A DNA stretch of 64,000 bases. Origin: Vicugna vicugna. Lineage: Eukaryota. The DNA lies in assembly GCA_013265495.1 (NCBI GenBank), contig MU057865.1, positions 124,001 through 188,000 on the forward strand, given 5' to 3'. Under the pieces are notes generated by a model, which was given only the letters and a program-made list of their open reading frames with translations, searched no databases and was not told where the DNA came from. The position numbers were made by a program, and so were the translations under genes. Positions 27,590 to 41,139 of this stretch are shown here, piece by piece (position 1 is the first letter of the stretch; each line of letters starts with the position of its first letter).

Positions 27590-28822
27590 ATAAGCTCTTT
27601 GACATTGGTCTTGGTTTTGATTTTTGAACTTGACACAAAAGCAAAGAAGACAAGAAAAAAATAAACAAGAGGGATGACATCAAATTTAAAAGCTTCTGCA
27701 CAGCAAAGGGAACCAACGAAATGAAAAGGCAGCCAACAGAATGGGAGACAATCTTTGCAAACCATGTATCTGATAAGGGCCTAATATCCAAAATATATAA
27801 AGCATTCATACAACTCAATAGCAAAAAGAAAATCTGATTTAAAAAAATGGGTAGAAGATCTGAATAGACATTTTCCAAAGAAGACTGCAGGCGACCAGTA
27901 GGTTCACACGAGAGGATGTTCAACACCCTTGATCATTAGGGAGATGCAAACCAAAGCCACAATGAGATACCGCCTCACACCTGTTAGAGTGGCTATTGCC
28001 AGAAAGACGAAAAGGAACCAGTGTTGGTGAGAGTGTGAAGACAAGGGAACCCTGGTGCACCGTTGGTGGGAACGCAGCCACCGTGGAAAACATTATGGAG
28101 GTTCCTCAAAAAATTAAAACTAGAATTACTATCTGATCCAGCAATTCCACTGCTGGGTAGTTATCTGAGAAAAATAAATACACGAATTCAAAAAGATACC
28201 TGCACCCCGATGTTCACTGCAGCATTATTTATAATAATCAAGATATAGAAACAACCTAAGTGTCCACTGAAAGATGAATGTATAAAGAAAATGTGGCCTA
28301 TACACAAAATGGAATATTATATTATTAAGCCATTAAAAAATGAAGAACTCCTCTCCTTTGGGACAATATGGATGGACCTTGAGGGCATCATGCTAAGTGA
28401 AATGTCAGACAGAAAAAGACAAATACCATATGATTTCACATATACACGGAACCCAAAACAAGCAAAAACAAACAAATCAAGCTCATAGATCCAGAGAACA
28501 GACTGGTAGTCACTAGAGGCAGTGGGTAAGGGATGGATCACACAGATGGAGTCAAAGGGTACCAACTTCCAGTTATAAAATAAAGAAGCCATGGAGATGT
28601 CATGGACAGATGGTGGCTATAGTTAATACTGCATTGTGTCTTCAACAGTTGCTAAGACTAGATCTTAAAAAGTTCTCATCACAAGAAAACAGTTCTGTGG
28701 TTGCATATGCTGATGGATTTAGGCTAGACTTTTTGTGATGATTATTTTGCAACATGGACAAATCTTTATCTTGTGCACCTGAAACTAATATAACGTATGT
28801 CAATTAGACCTCAATTTAAAAA
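27590..28822 (+). mobile_element. 5'-truncated L1 (ORF2 C-terminus and 3' UTR), decayed
   Basis: ORF 28063-28248 contains [37 protein letters not shown], a typical L1 ORF2p motif. Confidence 0.93.
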
Positions 28823-30195
28823 GCTCCCCCCTCCAAAAAAAGACCACTGAGATTTTTCTAGCCTGCTCCAGGTTGCTCAGACTTGATGCAACCCCTTTAC
28901 TCAGCAAAGTTGGAATCAACACTTTAGGATTTTCCCCGATAAGCTCTCCAGGTGGTCATCAACCGAATTCCCCCTCTCATGCTATAAAACATAAAAAGCA
29001 TACAAACAAACAAGAAGGTGGGCACTAAATCTTCAGTCCCCTGAAGCATAAATCAAAAAAAGAACACTGCCTAGAATAAACAGTTCGCTTCAGTGGGACA
29101 TAGCACTGAGGGCAGTGCATAGGCTGAAGCTGTTTTTAAAGCGAGGTCTTCAAAATTGAGAAGCGAGGGCAGCAAAGACAGACCTTCTGAAATCCATTCA
29201 TCCATCTAATGACGGTCCCAAGTACAGACAGTCCCAGGGCTCCCTCCGCTTTCTCTTTCCGCAGCCCTCTTTCAGAACTATAAATTGGAAAGACCATTGC
29301 ACTGGTTAAGTCAGTCCAGAGTCTTGGATTTAGTGGTTCTTGCATTAACTGCCTGAGTGGACCCAATGCAGCCCTTTCAACTTTGCGAACCTCAGCGGTT
29401 GCATCTATAAAATTAGGAGAGTGGTTAAGATGGACTCTCAGGACCCTTTTAGCTCTAAGGTTCTTTGAATCAGTATGTCTAGTCTCCCGTAGTGTTTTTA
29501 GAGTTTTATTATTAACCAAACAACTTCTTAGACATTGCTAGGTACAGGGAGGATCAGGAGTGGGAAGTGAGCCCAGATGGTTCAGAGAGTATTCTCCCAA
29601 TATTTTAGGGCACGCGGAGGGGAAGGTCACTAGCAATTATGAATGGTGGCTGGTGACTATACATGCACTTTGGGATCAGGGCGCCTGGCAGGCTAAGGGA
29701 AAAGGGGGAAAATCAATCAGCCTCAATGGGTGAGTACTGGGAAGAAGGAGGGATGGGCGAAGCTACCACAAGAGTTCCTGTAGAGTTTTCACAGGAGCAA
29801 GTCACTCATTCATTTCTTCACTCCTTTTTCCAACAGACGTGTTAGTCCTTCTATGTGAAGATAATTTAAAGATGATGCTGAAAACATGTTTCTACTTGAA
29901 TTGTGCTGTACAATTGGCAGTACAGTTTTATTTTACAGCTTCATCTGAGACCAACGCTATGGGCTGTAAATGGCAGCTCATTATTCCCGCTTAAGCAGAG
30001 AGCAAAGGTCAGAAAGGTTGAGTTAAACAAGTATTACAGAGCGAAGTTGCTGAAAAGTCGGAATTAAAATTCAGGTCTGCTCATTCCTGCTCTTATGTTT
30101 CTCCTATTAAACCACAGATATGACCATCTGCTCCTACAAGCACCTACTTTTGCCCTATCAAGTAGATGCCTTGGTTCCCAGGATGCTAATGCCCC

Positions 30196-30734
30196 TGTTG
30201 GCGCTGAGGGGGACACCTCATAATACGCCACAATGGTATGCAGATTATCTTGAATTAAAGTAGCTAAAGAAATGGCCAAAGCAAGAGAGACACTTTGACG
30301 CTCCTTTCTATTTCCCTGAAAGCGGGAGATAAATCTTCCCATGTGAAAGGTTCACCCCCTGCTTCTGGAGGTAAAGGACACCCCTTATCACCAGAAAAGG
30401 GAATTCGGGGTGAGAAGCCGGTGTGAACAAACCGTGTTACTTCTTTAACTCACTAACCCAGCCCAAAACCCGTGTAGATCCTTCACTAATTAAGCATCCA
30501 AAACCTACACTTCTTTTTCCTGTCAGTTCCTCACAAATGTATTGCTTCTTTGTCTAAAGACTATAAAAGCACTCTGGTTTGGCTGCTTCTCGGGTCCCAT
30601 TTGTATGAGACCTCTATGTGCACAAATTAAAATTTGTTTCTTTTTCTCCTATTAATCTGCCTTGTGTCAACGGTATTATTAGTCTAACCACAAGAATTTA
30701 AGAGAAGTAGAAGGAAATTTGCACCTCCCCAACA
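30196..30734 (+). mobile_element. MER34-like ERV1 solo LTR
   Basis: TGTTGG..CCCCAACA termini, exact TSD CCCC, 5' and 3' ends similar to 8025-8565. Confidence 0.85.
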
Positions 30735-32451
30735 CCCCTTTTCCTTCATTTGGCTACTTGAGAATGAAGAACTGATAATGAAAGTTCTGTAAGAGCTTAA
30801 ATTTTGTCCAATAAGAAGTAGGAATGTGCACTTTCTTCCCAAGAGCTGAGACACTGGTGTCCGTGAACTACAGATAAAGATGCAGACGCTGCGTTGCTTC
30901 CCTCTGAGACCAGCTTTATGACAGTTTCTGCAGATCTCAAGCCCACACCTGCCAAACAGGTAACAGCCTCCACCCAGTCCGCGCAGGGCTTCTTTTCCAG
31001 TGTCAAGTCAAAGAATACGTCAAAACCCCTTGAAAACATGAAGTGAAGCTGTAATTGCGGGCTGTGGTTAAAGTGTGGTTGGAAGAATCAATAGTAGCCA
31101 ATGCTGGCTTGACTGCAGGCTTGGAGATCCAGCAAACCCAGAGGAGAGGGCCTGGATACAATTCCTGAGCAGAGGAGCAAAGTCCAGAAGCAGCTCGATG
31201 CTTGGGACATAAGGAACAGCTGGCTTCACAGCGTGGCCAGGCGGGAGAGCTGGCACGCTTCTCAGACCGTCGTGCTCTGACTGGTGAATCAAGCAGGCCT
31301 CCCCGGGCTGGACTTTACCTCCTTCTGACTGGAGGCCGTGGGCACCTGTTCTGCTCAGGACATCACTGCATCTCTTGTACTTTTTCCTGCAAAGGTAAAT
31401 AGAGTCCAAGCCAGATCTTCGGCAAAATCACAAAGCCAAAAGAAAACCTGTGCTGTCCCCAACTTTTCTTCCATCTCCCCATTTCATCACTCACTGTGCC
31501 CCTCCAGCAGCCCCCGATAGCTCACACCCGTGACTCTTGCGGCCCTCACAGCACCCTGTGGTCCGGACACCTCTGCTCCTCACCCCCAAATCCACTGCAA
31601 GGGCACTGCCCCCTTCTCGTCTTGTTCTCAGCAAGTTGCCAGCTGGAAATCAGAACCAACACGGAGCTCACACTGAAGAGCTGATAAAAAATCATCAAAT
31701 TTAAAAGCAAATCCTCTCGGGAAACACTGGCACATTAATAAGAGGCTCTTAAACAACAGAAAGAAATAGTGAAAGACAATAATGAATGCCAAATGGATTA
31801 TCTCCAAGAAAAATCAATGGCATTACAGGGTGGAGATCGTGAAGCTAAGCAGTGGAAGAATTCTATTAACTCTCCACCAACAACCCCGCATTTCTTGGTC
31901 CCGATAAAGTTCCTCTTATAAACAGAGCCACTATACAACAACCAAAAAACCAAATATGAAGCATATATAACAAAATATTAGATCTGCCGATTCCAAACCA
32001 TGAGTAAACAGAGGTTGTGCTTCTCTGTTGTTCTTTTCAATTAAAACGATAAACAGAATGGGCTCTGGCAACATCAGATGAGTAGTGGAATGTCAGTAAG
32101 GCCAGGGAATCAATGGCTGATGTTTGCAGAACGTTCAGAGTAACACACGTGACAACTCTGATTGAGCATCCAGATTCATTCCTTTTGATAAATTCTTCAA
32201 CAGGCCAAGACCTGATCCCTTTGTCTTGATCCTTAGGGGCGTCACTGATAGAGGATGTCAGTCCTCCTCTAGAAGACACCTGAGGGTTTGAGACGTGACT
32301 TGCTGCTCTGGACCCTGGCACTTGCTCTGCACCCTGTCCGTGGTGTTACCCATACTTGCCAGACGCCCAAAGATGTAGCCTGTGGTGAGCATGGGTTTTC
32401 TCTTGAACACCTGACATCTCTTCCTTGGGTGCATGATCTCATCCCCATTCC

Positions 32452-32915
32452 TTGTGGTTCTAGTCTGAATCAGTTCAGATCCTCCCAGAAGTAGATACCA
32501 AGTTGGGATGAGAAAGCAAGAGATTTGTTGGAGGAAACACCTGTGAGGTGTGAAGGAGTGAGGAGAAACAGACACAGAGAACATTCGTTTAGACCATGAT
32601 GCAAGTTTGACACCTATCAGAGGAGAAAGGGAAGGAAGCCTTGGTTAGAAGGACCTGAGACAACAGTGAGGTTCTGAGGCCAATGTGGGGAGAGGCGGGA
32701 GGAGTCGCTGAACTCATTACAGCCCATAAGAGGAGAAATGGGCTGGTCTGAGTACTCCCACTGTGCTTGGTCATCGGCTGGGAGCAGCCCCGTGACAGTG
32801 TAGCCTGATGTGATCCAAAGGTGGGACAACTAGAGGCAAGTCAATCAGCCGCGCTCCCCACAGCAGGTTCTAGAGAAGAGGGACCTGAGTAGGACATCTC
32901 CATGGCTGCCACATA
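32452..32915 (-). mobile_element. Old ERVL LTR (LTR16-like)
   Basis: CCCAGAAGTAGATACC..GCTTGGTCATCGGCTGGGAGCAGCCC resembles recalled LTR16; boundaries approximate. Confidence 0.55.
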
Positions 32916-33662
32916 GTGGGACTGTCACTTATATAACCCCGCACACTAAGAGGGGGACAGATGATCCAGGCAAGACCTATCAGAGCCCATCTCCAGAGCT
33001 GATGCGTAGACATTAGCAGGAAGCTCTTTTTTCCACTAGGGAATCTGAACCAGGTGAAACCAGACCTGCCAGCTCCCCTCGGCACATACGGGAAGCCACC
33101 AGCATCAAGGGGAAGGCGAGGTCAAGCCACAGAAGGAAACAAATTCCAAACTGAGAAGCCCTGAAGCCCGGGGCCATTAAATATCTTCCTTTTATGTCTC
33201 CTTATTCTAATTTGAGTTGTATTTCTGGTACAATTAGAATAATGCTTTGCCTAATACCTGCACATTTGCGCTTTAATTACCATAATATGTCAAGAGTTTG
33301 AAAGGCCTTTACAGATCATCTAGCCCTTGCTACGTGTTACAATAACCTGAGAAGTTTTGTCTTGATATCTACGTCTGGACCCCACTCTAGTCCAGTTAAA
33401 TTCAGAATCTTTACAGGTAGAGCCCACCTATCAGTTTTTGTTTTTGTTTTAATTCCCCTCGTGATTCTTATGTTTATCTAGAGTTCAGAACCACTGGTCT
33501 TATCAGTCCTCATTTTGAACATATGGAAACTGAGGTTCAAACATAGGAAGTGACTGGTCCCAAATCCACAGGTTCTTGGAGACAGAGCAAGGAGTTAAAT
33601 GCAAGTCTCTTTACTTCTAGTCCAACACCCTTTTTTTCTCTATGTATAATATGTCATCTTAC

Positions 33663-33787
33663 CTGAGTTCCAAACACTGGTTTCATCTCCAAATTTTAGT
33701 TTGTTCTTTAAGAAGCTTAAGTTACTCTGTCTTTCCTTGTTCTAAAGTTTTTATTTAATTATCAAAACTAGAGCAAGTCACCATTCT
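33663..33787 (-). ncRNA. Candidate 125-nt non-coding exon
   Basis: Strong acceptor CTGTCTGTTTTGTCCTTGCGTTTTGTTTCAG| and donor CAG|GTAAGA; stops in all three frames. Confidence 0.5.
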
Positions 33788-33854
33788 CTGAAACAAAACG
33801 CAAGGACAAAACAGACAGTGCTTTCGTCCATCAGCGCAAGTCACTACTCCATCG

Positions 33855-34030
33855 TGTTATCTGATGGGCGCCCATTCCTCCCTTCCACAGCTGCCAGCTG
33901 CTTAGCACTGGAGGAGGGAGCGAAGAGGGATTCCAGACTGAGCCATGATGTCATGGAGAACAGAACCAATCAGGAAAAAAGATCGTGAGTTTTCACCGCA
34001 AGCTGCTCTAATATATGATGACCATTGGTT
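33855..34030. promoter_or_regulatory. Candidate promoter/enhancer motif cluster
   Basis: Two CAGCTG E-boxes (33888-33900), palindromic CCATGATGTCATGG (33943-33956), CCAAT (33966) and ATTGG (34024). Confidence 0.45.
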
Positions 34031-35011
34031 TTCTACATCCTGCTATGAAAGATACATCTCCTTTGTTCTTAGGAGAGAACAAAATCTAATTAACATGTAG
34101 ATTACTCAAGTTTGTGTCTTCTGAAAGGTCTCCTTATTTCTGAATCTTCTTTGTAGAATCATTTTGTCATCATTAAACACCTTATCATTTAAAATATTAG
34201 TAGAAGAAAACAATATTAAAATACTTAAATATTAGTAGATGAATGCAAAATCATCACAACTAATTGAAATTAATAAGGAAAAGTGTGAGTTAATGATGAC
34301 TATGTCTGGGTTATGGGGCTTGGGATCTAAGACAACATGGCAAGGGCCAAAATGGAGAAGACTGTGACCAAAAGTCTCGGCAAAATGGCCGATGATTAGA
34401 TGATGACCAGTGATCTGAGGACAGACGCCAAGTCCAGGATCAGTTACTCCAATTATTACAAAGAAGGGCAGGCCCAAGAAGGACTGGGGAGATCAGGAAA
34501 AGGGCAAATCCCTAGAAAGGGGATTCATGTTATAAGGGAAAACAGTTTGAGTTGCCAATACAGTGACAATTCTTACCAAGAATTTTTTTTGAAGGGTGGT
34601 GTGGAAAGCATTGTAAACCATGACTCAGGACCAAAAATTTCTGACTCTTCCACTTACCAGTTTTGTGGCTTTTATAGATAAGACACTTCACCTTTCTAGG
34701 CCACAGTAATATGATAACAGGAGTGGTCCAGGCCAGTCAACATAGTTATTGAATTCCTTGTTTGGGTCAGGCACCATGCTAGGCATAGGATGTTCAGTGG
34801 TGAAAAAAAAAGCATACTTTCCTATTCTCTTGGAAGTTAGGTCTAGGGTAGCAGTTTTTCAACGTTTTGACATGACCCACTGTAAGAAATATATAAACAT
34901 GTTTTAAACCAAACACTGTGTGTGTGAGTGAAAAACAAAATATTCATAGAACCATATGGTACCTTGTTATGTGAAGTGCACTATACTATTTTGGTTTCGT
35001 TCTATTCTAAT

Positions 35012-35110
35012 TCCTCCCCCAACACCCCACCTTAATGGAGGCATTGGGGATTGAACCCAGGACTTTGTACATGCCAAGCATGTGCTCTACCACTGAGCTA
35101 TACCTCAGTG
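35012..35110 (-). mobile_element. tRNA-Ala-derived SINE (vic-1-like), short
   Basis: GGGGATTGAACCCAGGAC..CTCTACCACTGAGCTATACC flanked by CTATTCTA repeats. Confidence 0.85.
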
Positions 35111-38100
35111 CTATTCTATTCCTCTATTCTAATTTTTAATGCTGTTGTTAAATTGATTTTATGCCTTACTAAAGGGTTATGACCAATGGCTTGAAAAATA
35201 TAATTCTAGAGGACACTCTCTAAGACTTCTTTGAGCCTTTTAATTCAATGATTGTAAAATTCTAAATCACTCTAAGATTTCTCTCATCTCTCAAGCTTCT
35301 CCAAGAAAGTGATCATTTACTTAACCTTTGCTTAATGTTGGGCCCTTTGCAATCATCCGAACAGTCAAACTGACCTTCCAAATCCAGAAAAAAAATCCAC
35401 ATATAGAGTAATCTTGCCCACAGCACACAAGATTACTTCTAATATATCCTGTCTAGTAACGTCCATGAAATTCCTGGTGCTGAATAGCTTTGAAATGTCC
35501 TTCCCCTCTTTCCCAAATTTTATGCTCTCTTTTTTTGTTCTTAGACAAAATCTACTCTCCCCCAGTACCTCAACTTCGCAGAACAAACCGCTGCCCACGA
35601 CAGAAGGTACATCAAAGAACAACATATCAGCCAGGTATTTCCAGAAAGGCACCTGGTCATTTTGCCCACGGTAGGCTGCGTTTTATCTAAGAACCTAGTG
35701 TTTGCACCAAAAACACTCTTCCTGCAAAGGAAAGGTACTTTTGAAATACAGCAGTGCACTGGAATGAAAAAAAAATGGCACTCTTTCATAAAGAAATCAT
35801 GCCTTTTCTGGTTTGGGGAAGAGCAAATTGGGCCAGAGAAGATCCTTCGTTTCTGTGTTTGGCTGGTTGCTTGTCAGTTTTTCAAGAAGGAAATTTCTAA
35901 AGGTAGAGAATGCAAGGAATTTCTCAAATGTGTGTTATTAAGACTATGATGACCTGCTCAGGTCTAAGAGGTTGTAACTCTCTCCCTTCCTTAATTAGAG
36001 AGTGTGGTCTGTAGGAAATACCATGGAATCAGAGTCAGAAGGGAAGAATTTCAGTCTGTTCTCTCTTATGCACGAGTTGATACAAATGATGCCCCAAATC
36101 CTACACTCGCCATGGAGGAATTTACAAAATAGGCCACATGCATTAATAGAAGATCATAAATAGCTAAAGCAAAGGGTTTATGTAAGAATTGCATAACAAA
36201 TGTGAAATTTCTTACCACCTAGGAACTCCACAAATGTCAGGTCCCTCTTGCCCCACATGTCACACAGGTGGCCTGCCAACTAACAGGGAAGTGGGAGGTC
36301 ACGGAGGGTGGGGGATGGGAAAGCATCGTGGTGAAGGCCTGAGGTGGTCCCAGGAGGGAGGGGAGGCTTTCTAGAGGCCATGAGGAGGGGACTCTGGTGA
36401 TTATCTCACCACAAAATAAAAAAAAAAATGAAAGAAAGGAAGGAAGGAAGGAAAATAAAATTCAGTTTAAGTAAAATATAATAGTTGAAACTCACATCAG
36501 TTTTTTACCTCTGATCTTGGCCAGGTTCCATTTGGTATGAATCTTAAACCTTTCCTGTATTTAAAAAAAAAAAAAAAGAAAGAAAGGTTGACACTGGGCG
36601 CCCTACCCGTACAATCTCCTTGTTTTATCAAAAGGGATAGTTCGGGTTAAATGACTTTATAAAATTTAAAGTGTCTTAGAAACAAAAATTACTAATATTC
36701 ATTCCACAAGCATGTACTGAGAGGCTGGGCTAGGGTCCAGGTGTGTGGTTCTGAGTAGCCTGGCTGCTTCCGTCCAACTCCTTGCAACGAAGTTAAGTGG
36801 GAGGAGAGAGCTAGGTGAGGGCTCACAAACGAGGTGATGTGTTACCACGTGCGGAAGATAAAACAGTAGTTCACCAGTCACAGGAGGCATCAGGGTTGAG
36901 GACAAACTTAAAAGAAAAGATCCCCAAAGGAGACATAACATGGGTAGAGGTCTGACCTTGGCTCATGTTGATCAAACGTATATGCCTTGAGCCGCGGAGC
37001 CAAGATGAATGTGACATAGGTCCCGCCCCCCCTAGATAGACAAGGTCAATGTAATGTGGGACATCTCACAAGAGAGGCATGCCCAGGGGGCCAGTGGGGA
37101 GCCAATATATGCATAAAAAGTTAGCCAGGAGACATGGGAGATGGTGATTACATCTCAGACCAGGAGCCAGCCATTATGAGCGCAGGAGGGCACCCAAAAT
37201 CATGGACCATGCAGGGAGGGAAAATGGTCAGTCAGGGTGGGGACCAAACAGCCCAGGCAATCTATTTTATGTTACTGGTGATGGAAAATAAAGATGGCCC
37301 GTGCATGGCTTACAACAGACAGTGAATGACTTTATTCTTTATCCTAGGGGTTCTGGGGCACAGAATACTCTTCTGAGCACAGAAATGACAGTCTGCTATT
37401 AAACAGGAAGAACTAATTCCAGCAGCGGTGGGCTGGACATGCCAACGAGGAGAAAAACTGGAGGCAGAGACGACTGGCGCAGCCAGCTGCCAAAAGAAAC
37501 CGGGCCTGGCATGGTGACGCCAGACTGACAGAGCGGCGGGGTCCAAGATCAGACATGTTCTTCTCATCTCTCAGATGGAGACAGAGTTCCTTTCATAGTA
37601 TCAGTTGAAGGTATTAACTAAGCTGGATTTATTTCCTTTTCAAATTCTGATACCGGGCAATTTCCTGCTGTTTATTCTTCAGTGTACATGACAACGATCA
37701 GAAACAGAGCCATTAAGCCCTGGAGGCTCAGGCCTGGGTGGGACCACAGAGACTGAGGCCAGGAAACAGGGAGGACTGTCCTAAATCAGCCTGTCTTGGC
37801 GGCAGATAAAGGAGAAAAGCCCCAGTCTTGTGACTCTAATGCACCTCTTGGTGCACCAGAATTTCACCCTAGGAACCATCATCCATCATCGTCCAGAGAG
37901 ACCAAGATACAGAGCGAGGGCATGCTCCTGACGGGGGCGATGGCGGCTCTCCGTTCTTGGCTCTGCTGGTCGCTCAAAGGGAGAGTCACAAATCCTTCAT
38001 CCCTCCGGCTCAGCCCTCCCACATCACACATTCACTGACAAGTGTTCACTGAACCCTGCAAAGAAACAGCCCTGCTGCTAAAAGCTGGGGATGCAGAGAC

Positions 38101-39064
38101 GAATAAATCCCAGGACCGTGGCAGGTCTAAAATGAGTTCTTATCAAGGTGGGCAGCGCTTTGCTAGGGTGGACAGCATGAATCCACTGGCGAGGGGAGTC
38201 GGGGACCACTTTTGCCCTTGCTAAGTCTGGAATGCTGGCCACGGCACCAGTGCCCACCCCATGTGCTCACGGGGTGGAAGCATCGATGTGAACCTGTCTC
38301 TCCTGGATGAGATCGCGCAAAGTCTGCCACGCATGTCCCTGAAACCTTTAGTCACTAACTGGGGTGCTGCTTAAAGCCAGACAGACAGTCCGTCATGGGT
38401 CTGACTTCCAGCACCCCTTCTGCTCTGAGACCCTCCTTGCTACGTTTCACCCGTATCAGAAGCTCTTGGATTCTGCTTGAATTAAATCTCAGTATGCCCT
38501 GCATTTGTATCCAACATTTTCACTACGAGCCACTGCCTTAGGGGCCAACTTGGGCAATTCTCTTCGTCCTTATACCCTCTGATCCAAGGTGCTCCCCTTC
38601 CCATGCTCCGTGCTACAATCCCAGAGATGCTTTACAGCAAAACCACCTGAGCCAGGACAAGAGAACAGGTGTGGAAGACGGCGTTTCCCAGGAAACCCAG
38701 AGTAAAATGGGGTACTGGCAGCACAGTACCAGGAAGTAGAAGGCAGGTGCTCGACAAAGTGCTGGACCCCGAGGCAAGCAAAACCCAGATATGTGGTTGT
38801 CTGGACGCTGCCTCATTTTTACCCAGAGTTTATTTAATCTGGGCTCTGCTGTCCCAATTCAACTGTTTGGGTTACTTATATGGAAGTGTTGAGCTGTTGG
38901 GGGTTTTCTCCACCTACAGCCACCAGGCTTATTTGTGTTCCAACCTATCACTATGGTTCTCAGAGCGAGATGAACAGTAAAACAGAAATAAACCACCCAG
39001 AACCATCAAAGCGGGGCTTCTCCCTCCCCTAATGAGCCACCGCGGCCAAACAAGTGATGCTCTC

Positions 39065-39099
39065 TGATAACGCACACGTACTTCCGTAGCCATGGAAAC
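39065..39099. promoter_or_regulatory. GATA-HRE-ETS-RFX motif cluster
   Basis: TGATAA, CACGTA, ACTTCCG and X-box GTAGCCATGGAAAC within 35 bp in a small CpG-retaining patch. Confidence 0.5.
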
Positions 39100-39829
39100 A
39101 CACTTAGCAACAAAGAAACCTTGACCTTTCCCCATCTGTTTAGAGTCTTCACAAATGATACATTAATTTCAACACATGAAAACAAACAAAAAAGAAGGGC
39201 ATAAATGTTACAATTTCGATAATTTCCAGGCAGCAGCCAGCCCAATGTGGATAAATCTTTAAGGTGGAAACCGCGTGATGTTTTACTGGCCTTAAGCAAG
39301 ATGACTCAGATATGTTCTGCAGCGTACCTAGAGACTCCAGGAAGGGTTCCAAAATTAGACCAGCGATGGACAGCTACAGGAACAAACACTAGCCAGTGCA
39401 AATATTCCCCAGAAACAATATTTGAGACCTCGGAAAACAAATATTCTGTGAGACCAAACGCTTTCTTTCCATGCAGCTATTGCTAGCAGCCAAAGGCTGG
39501 AAACAATTGAAACAGGTTCAGCCCAATTCGATTCAATCCAATAACCATTTAAGGAGGCTGTCTCTGTTTTCATTAATAGATAAGAATTGGGTATTGAAGA
39601 AGTATACAACCGGTTCTGTCTCTAAAATAGTACGTTTCTTTGTAAACAAAGAGATAGAAATCACTTAATTACAAAACCTCTGTGAAAGGCAAGCCAGATG
39701 TTGCAGAAGTTGTAAGGGAAGGTCTCAGCATACAGTGTCACTAGGGCTATATTTGGAGATATCGGAACATTTTTCAATAAATTCACTACAAATAAATTCA
39801 ACAATGCAAATGTGAGCACAGAGAGATGA

Positions 39830-40391
39830 GTCAAAGACGTATTTAACACTTTAATGAAGAACCAGCAGGATGCAAAGCTGGTCTGAGGAAAGAGTTGAGA
39901 AAATGATACATGTCAGTGGGGTAAAAAAAAGAATGAAATTGCAAACTTAGATTGAAAACTGGTTAATGTCCTACAAGACAATAAAACCATAGCTCTTGGG
40001 GGTGTCTTTTCTATCCAATACAAATCACTTGCAACATGTAAATCTTCTCTAATTTAGCATCCAACTTGAGAGACTCTGAAAATAATAAAAAATAAGCCCA
40101 ACAAGGTTGCCTTTTTTCCAGAGTGTGACATAATCCTTGGGTGGCTTTGTTATAAAATGCTCTAGTTTGACACTGAAAGGGATGCAGGATTCCTTCTGCC
40201 TTATTTCCAGGTTTGGGGTAATTCTCCTTCACAAAAATAGAATATAAGGACAGAACAACAGTGGAAACAAACACCATTAAAACTGGAAGAAGAGTTGGAA
40301 CGACAGGACCATCCGATCAAGTGCATCATTAGGAGAAAAACCACCTTCTCCGCTATGGACTGAATAAGAGACTATAGGATCCAGTTTCAAT
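39830..40391 (-). ncRNA. Candidate terminal exon of the minus-strand transcript
   Basis: Acceptor CACTTCTGTATTTCTCAG|ATTG; minus-strand ATTAAA at 39850-39855 followed by U/GU-rich sequence; no repeats recognised; 3' end approximate. Confidence 0.4.
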
Positions 40392-41073
40392 CTGAGAAAT
40401 ACAGAAGTGACCAGACCATCTTTACGGGATTAAAAATATGTTGAGAATCTTTTTTTTTTTAACATTTGCTAAAAAAATCCTTGTGGGTAGGTGACAAACT
40501 GACTAACAGTGTGGTAGGAAATCACTTTTGAGAATTACAGACCCCATAGAAAAATCAACCCATCAATCAAGAGCTACAAACAAAAAGGAATTTGATTTAC
40601 TTGGTACGGCTTCCCTTGGAGAAATATAAAAATGCTCAGTACTTGTTATTTTTAGTTAAGAGCTGGCTAATACCTTCAATACAATCAAGATGTGCTGAGG
40701 ATACACACGGCCCTTCAATTTCATGTTTATGCAAATTGGAAGACAGGGGGAGAACAGTGGGAAAAGACAGAGAAATAAGAGTGGAAAGAAGAAACAACTA
40801 AGTTAGCAGACAGGAAGCGACAAAACAAAGCAGAAGGCTAGGAGGAACGGGGAAGGGGACAGCTGAGGCCTGGAATTAGGAAGTGACAAACAAGGAGGAG
40901 CGACATGCAGAAGAGGAGATTTAAACAGAGATGATGTCAAAAGAGCGAAGTGGGAAGGTCTCAGCAAAGACAGGACGGCTGAGAAGGAAAAGCAAGTTGA
41001 AATCTCCATTCCCCGACGATTCACTTGCTCTGGGGATTTCTCTGTTGCGCTGTCAGAAGCGGTGGTCACTTAC

Positions 41074-41107
41074 GAGCATCATTCCAAGTTCTTTAGTTAC
41101 TCTGCTT
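41074..41107 (-). ncRNA. Candidate 34-nt exon (or 3' end of a longer first exon)
   Basis: Acceptor CTTCCCCCCTGGGTTTTAG| and donor CTC|GTAAGT. Confidence 0.4.
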
Positions 41108-41139
41108 CTAAAACCCAGGGGGGAAGCTACTCTAATCCA

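Noticed and set aside
40270..40335. Possible C/D-box snoRNA (minus-strand ATGATG)
   Set aside because: Imperfect C box, no suitably placed CTGA D box or terminal stem
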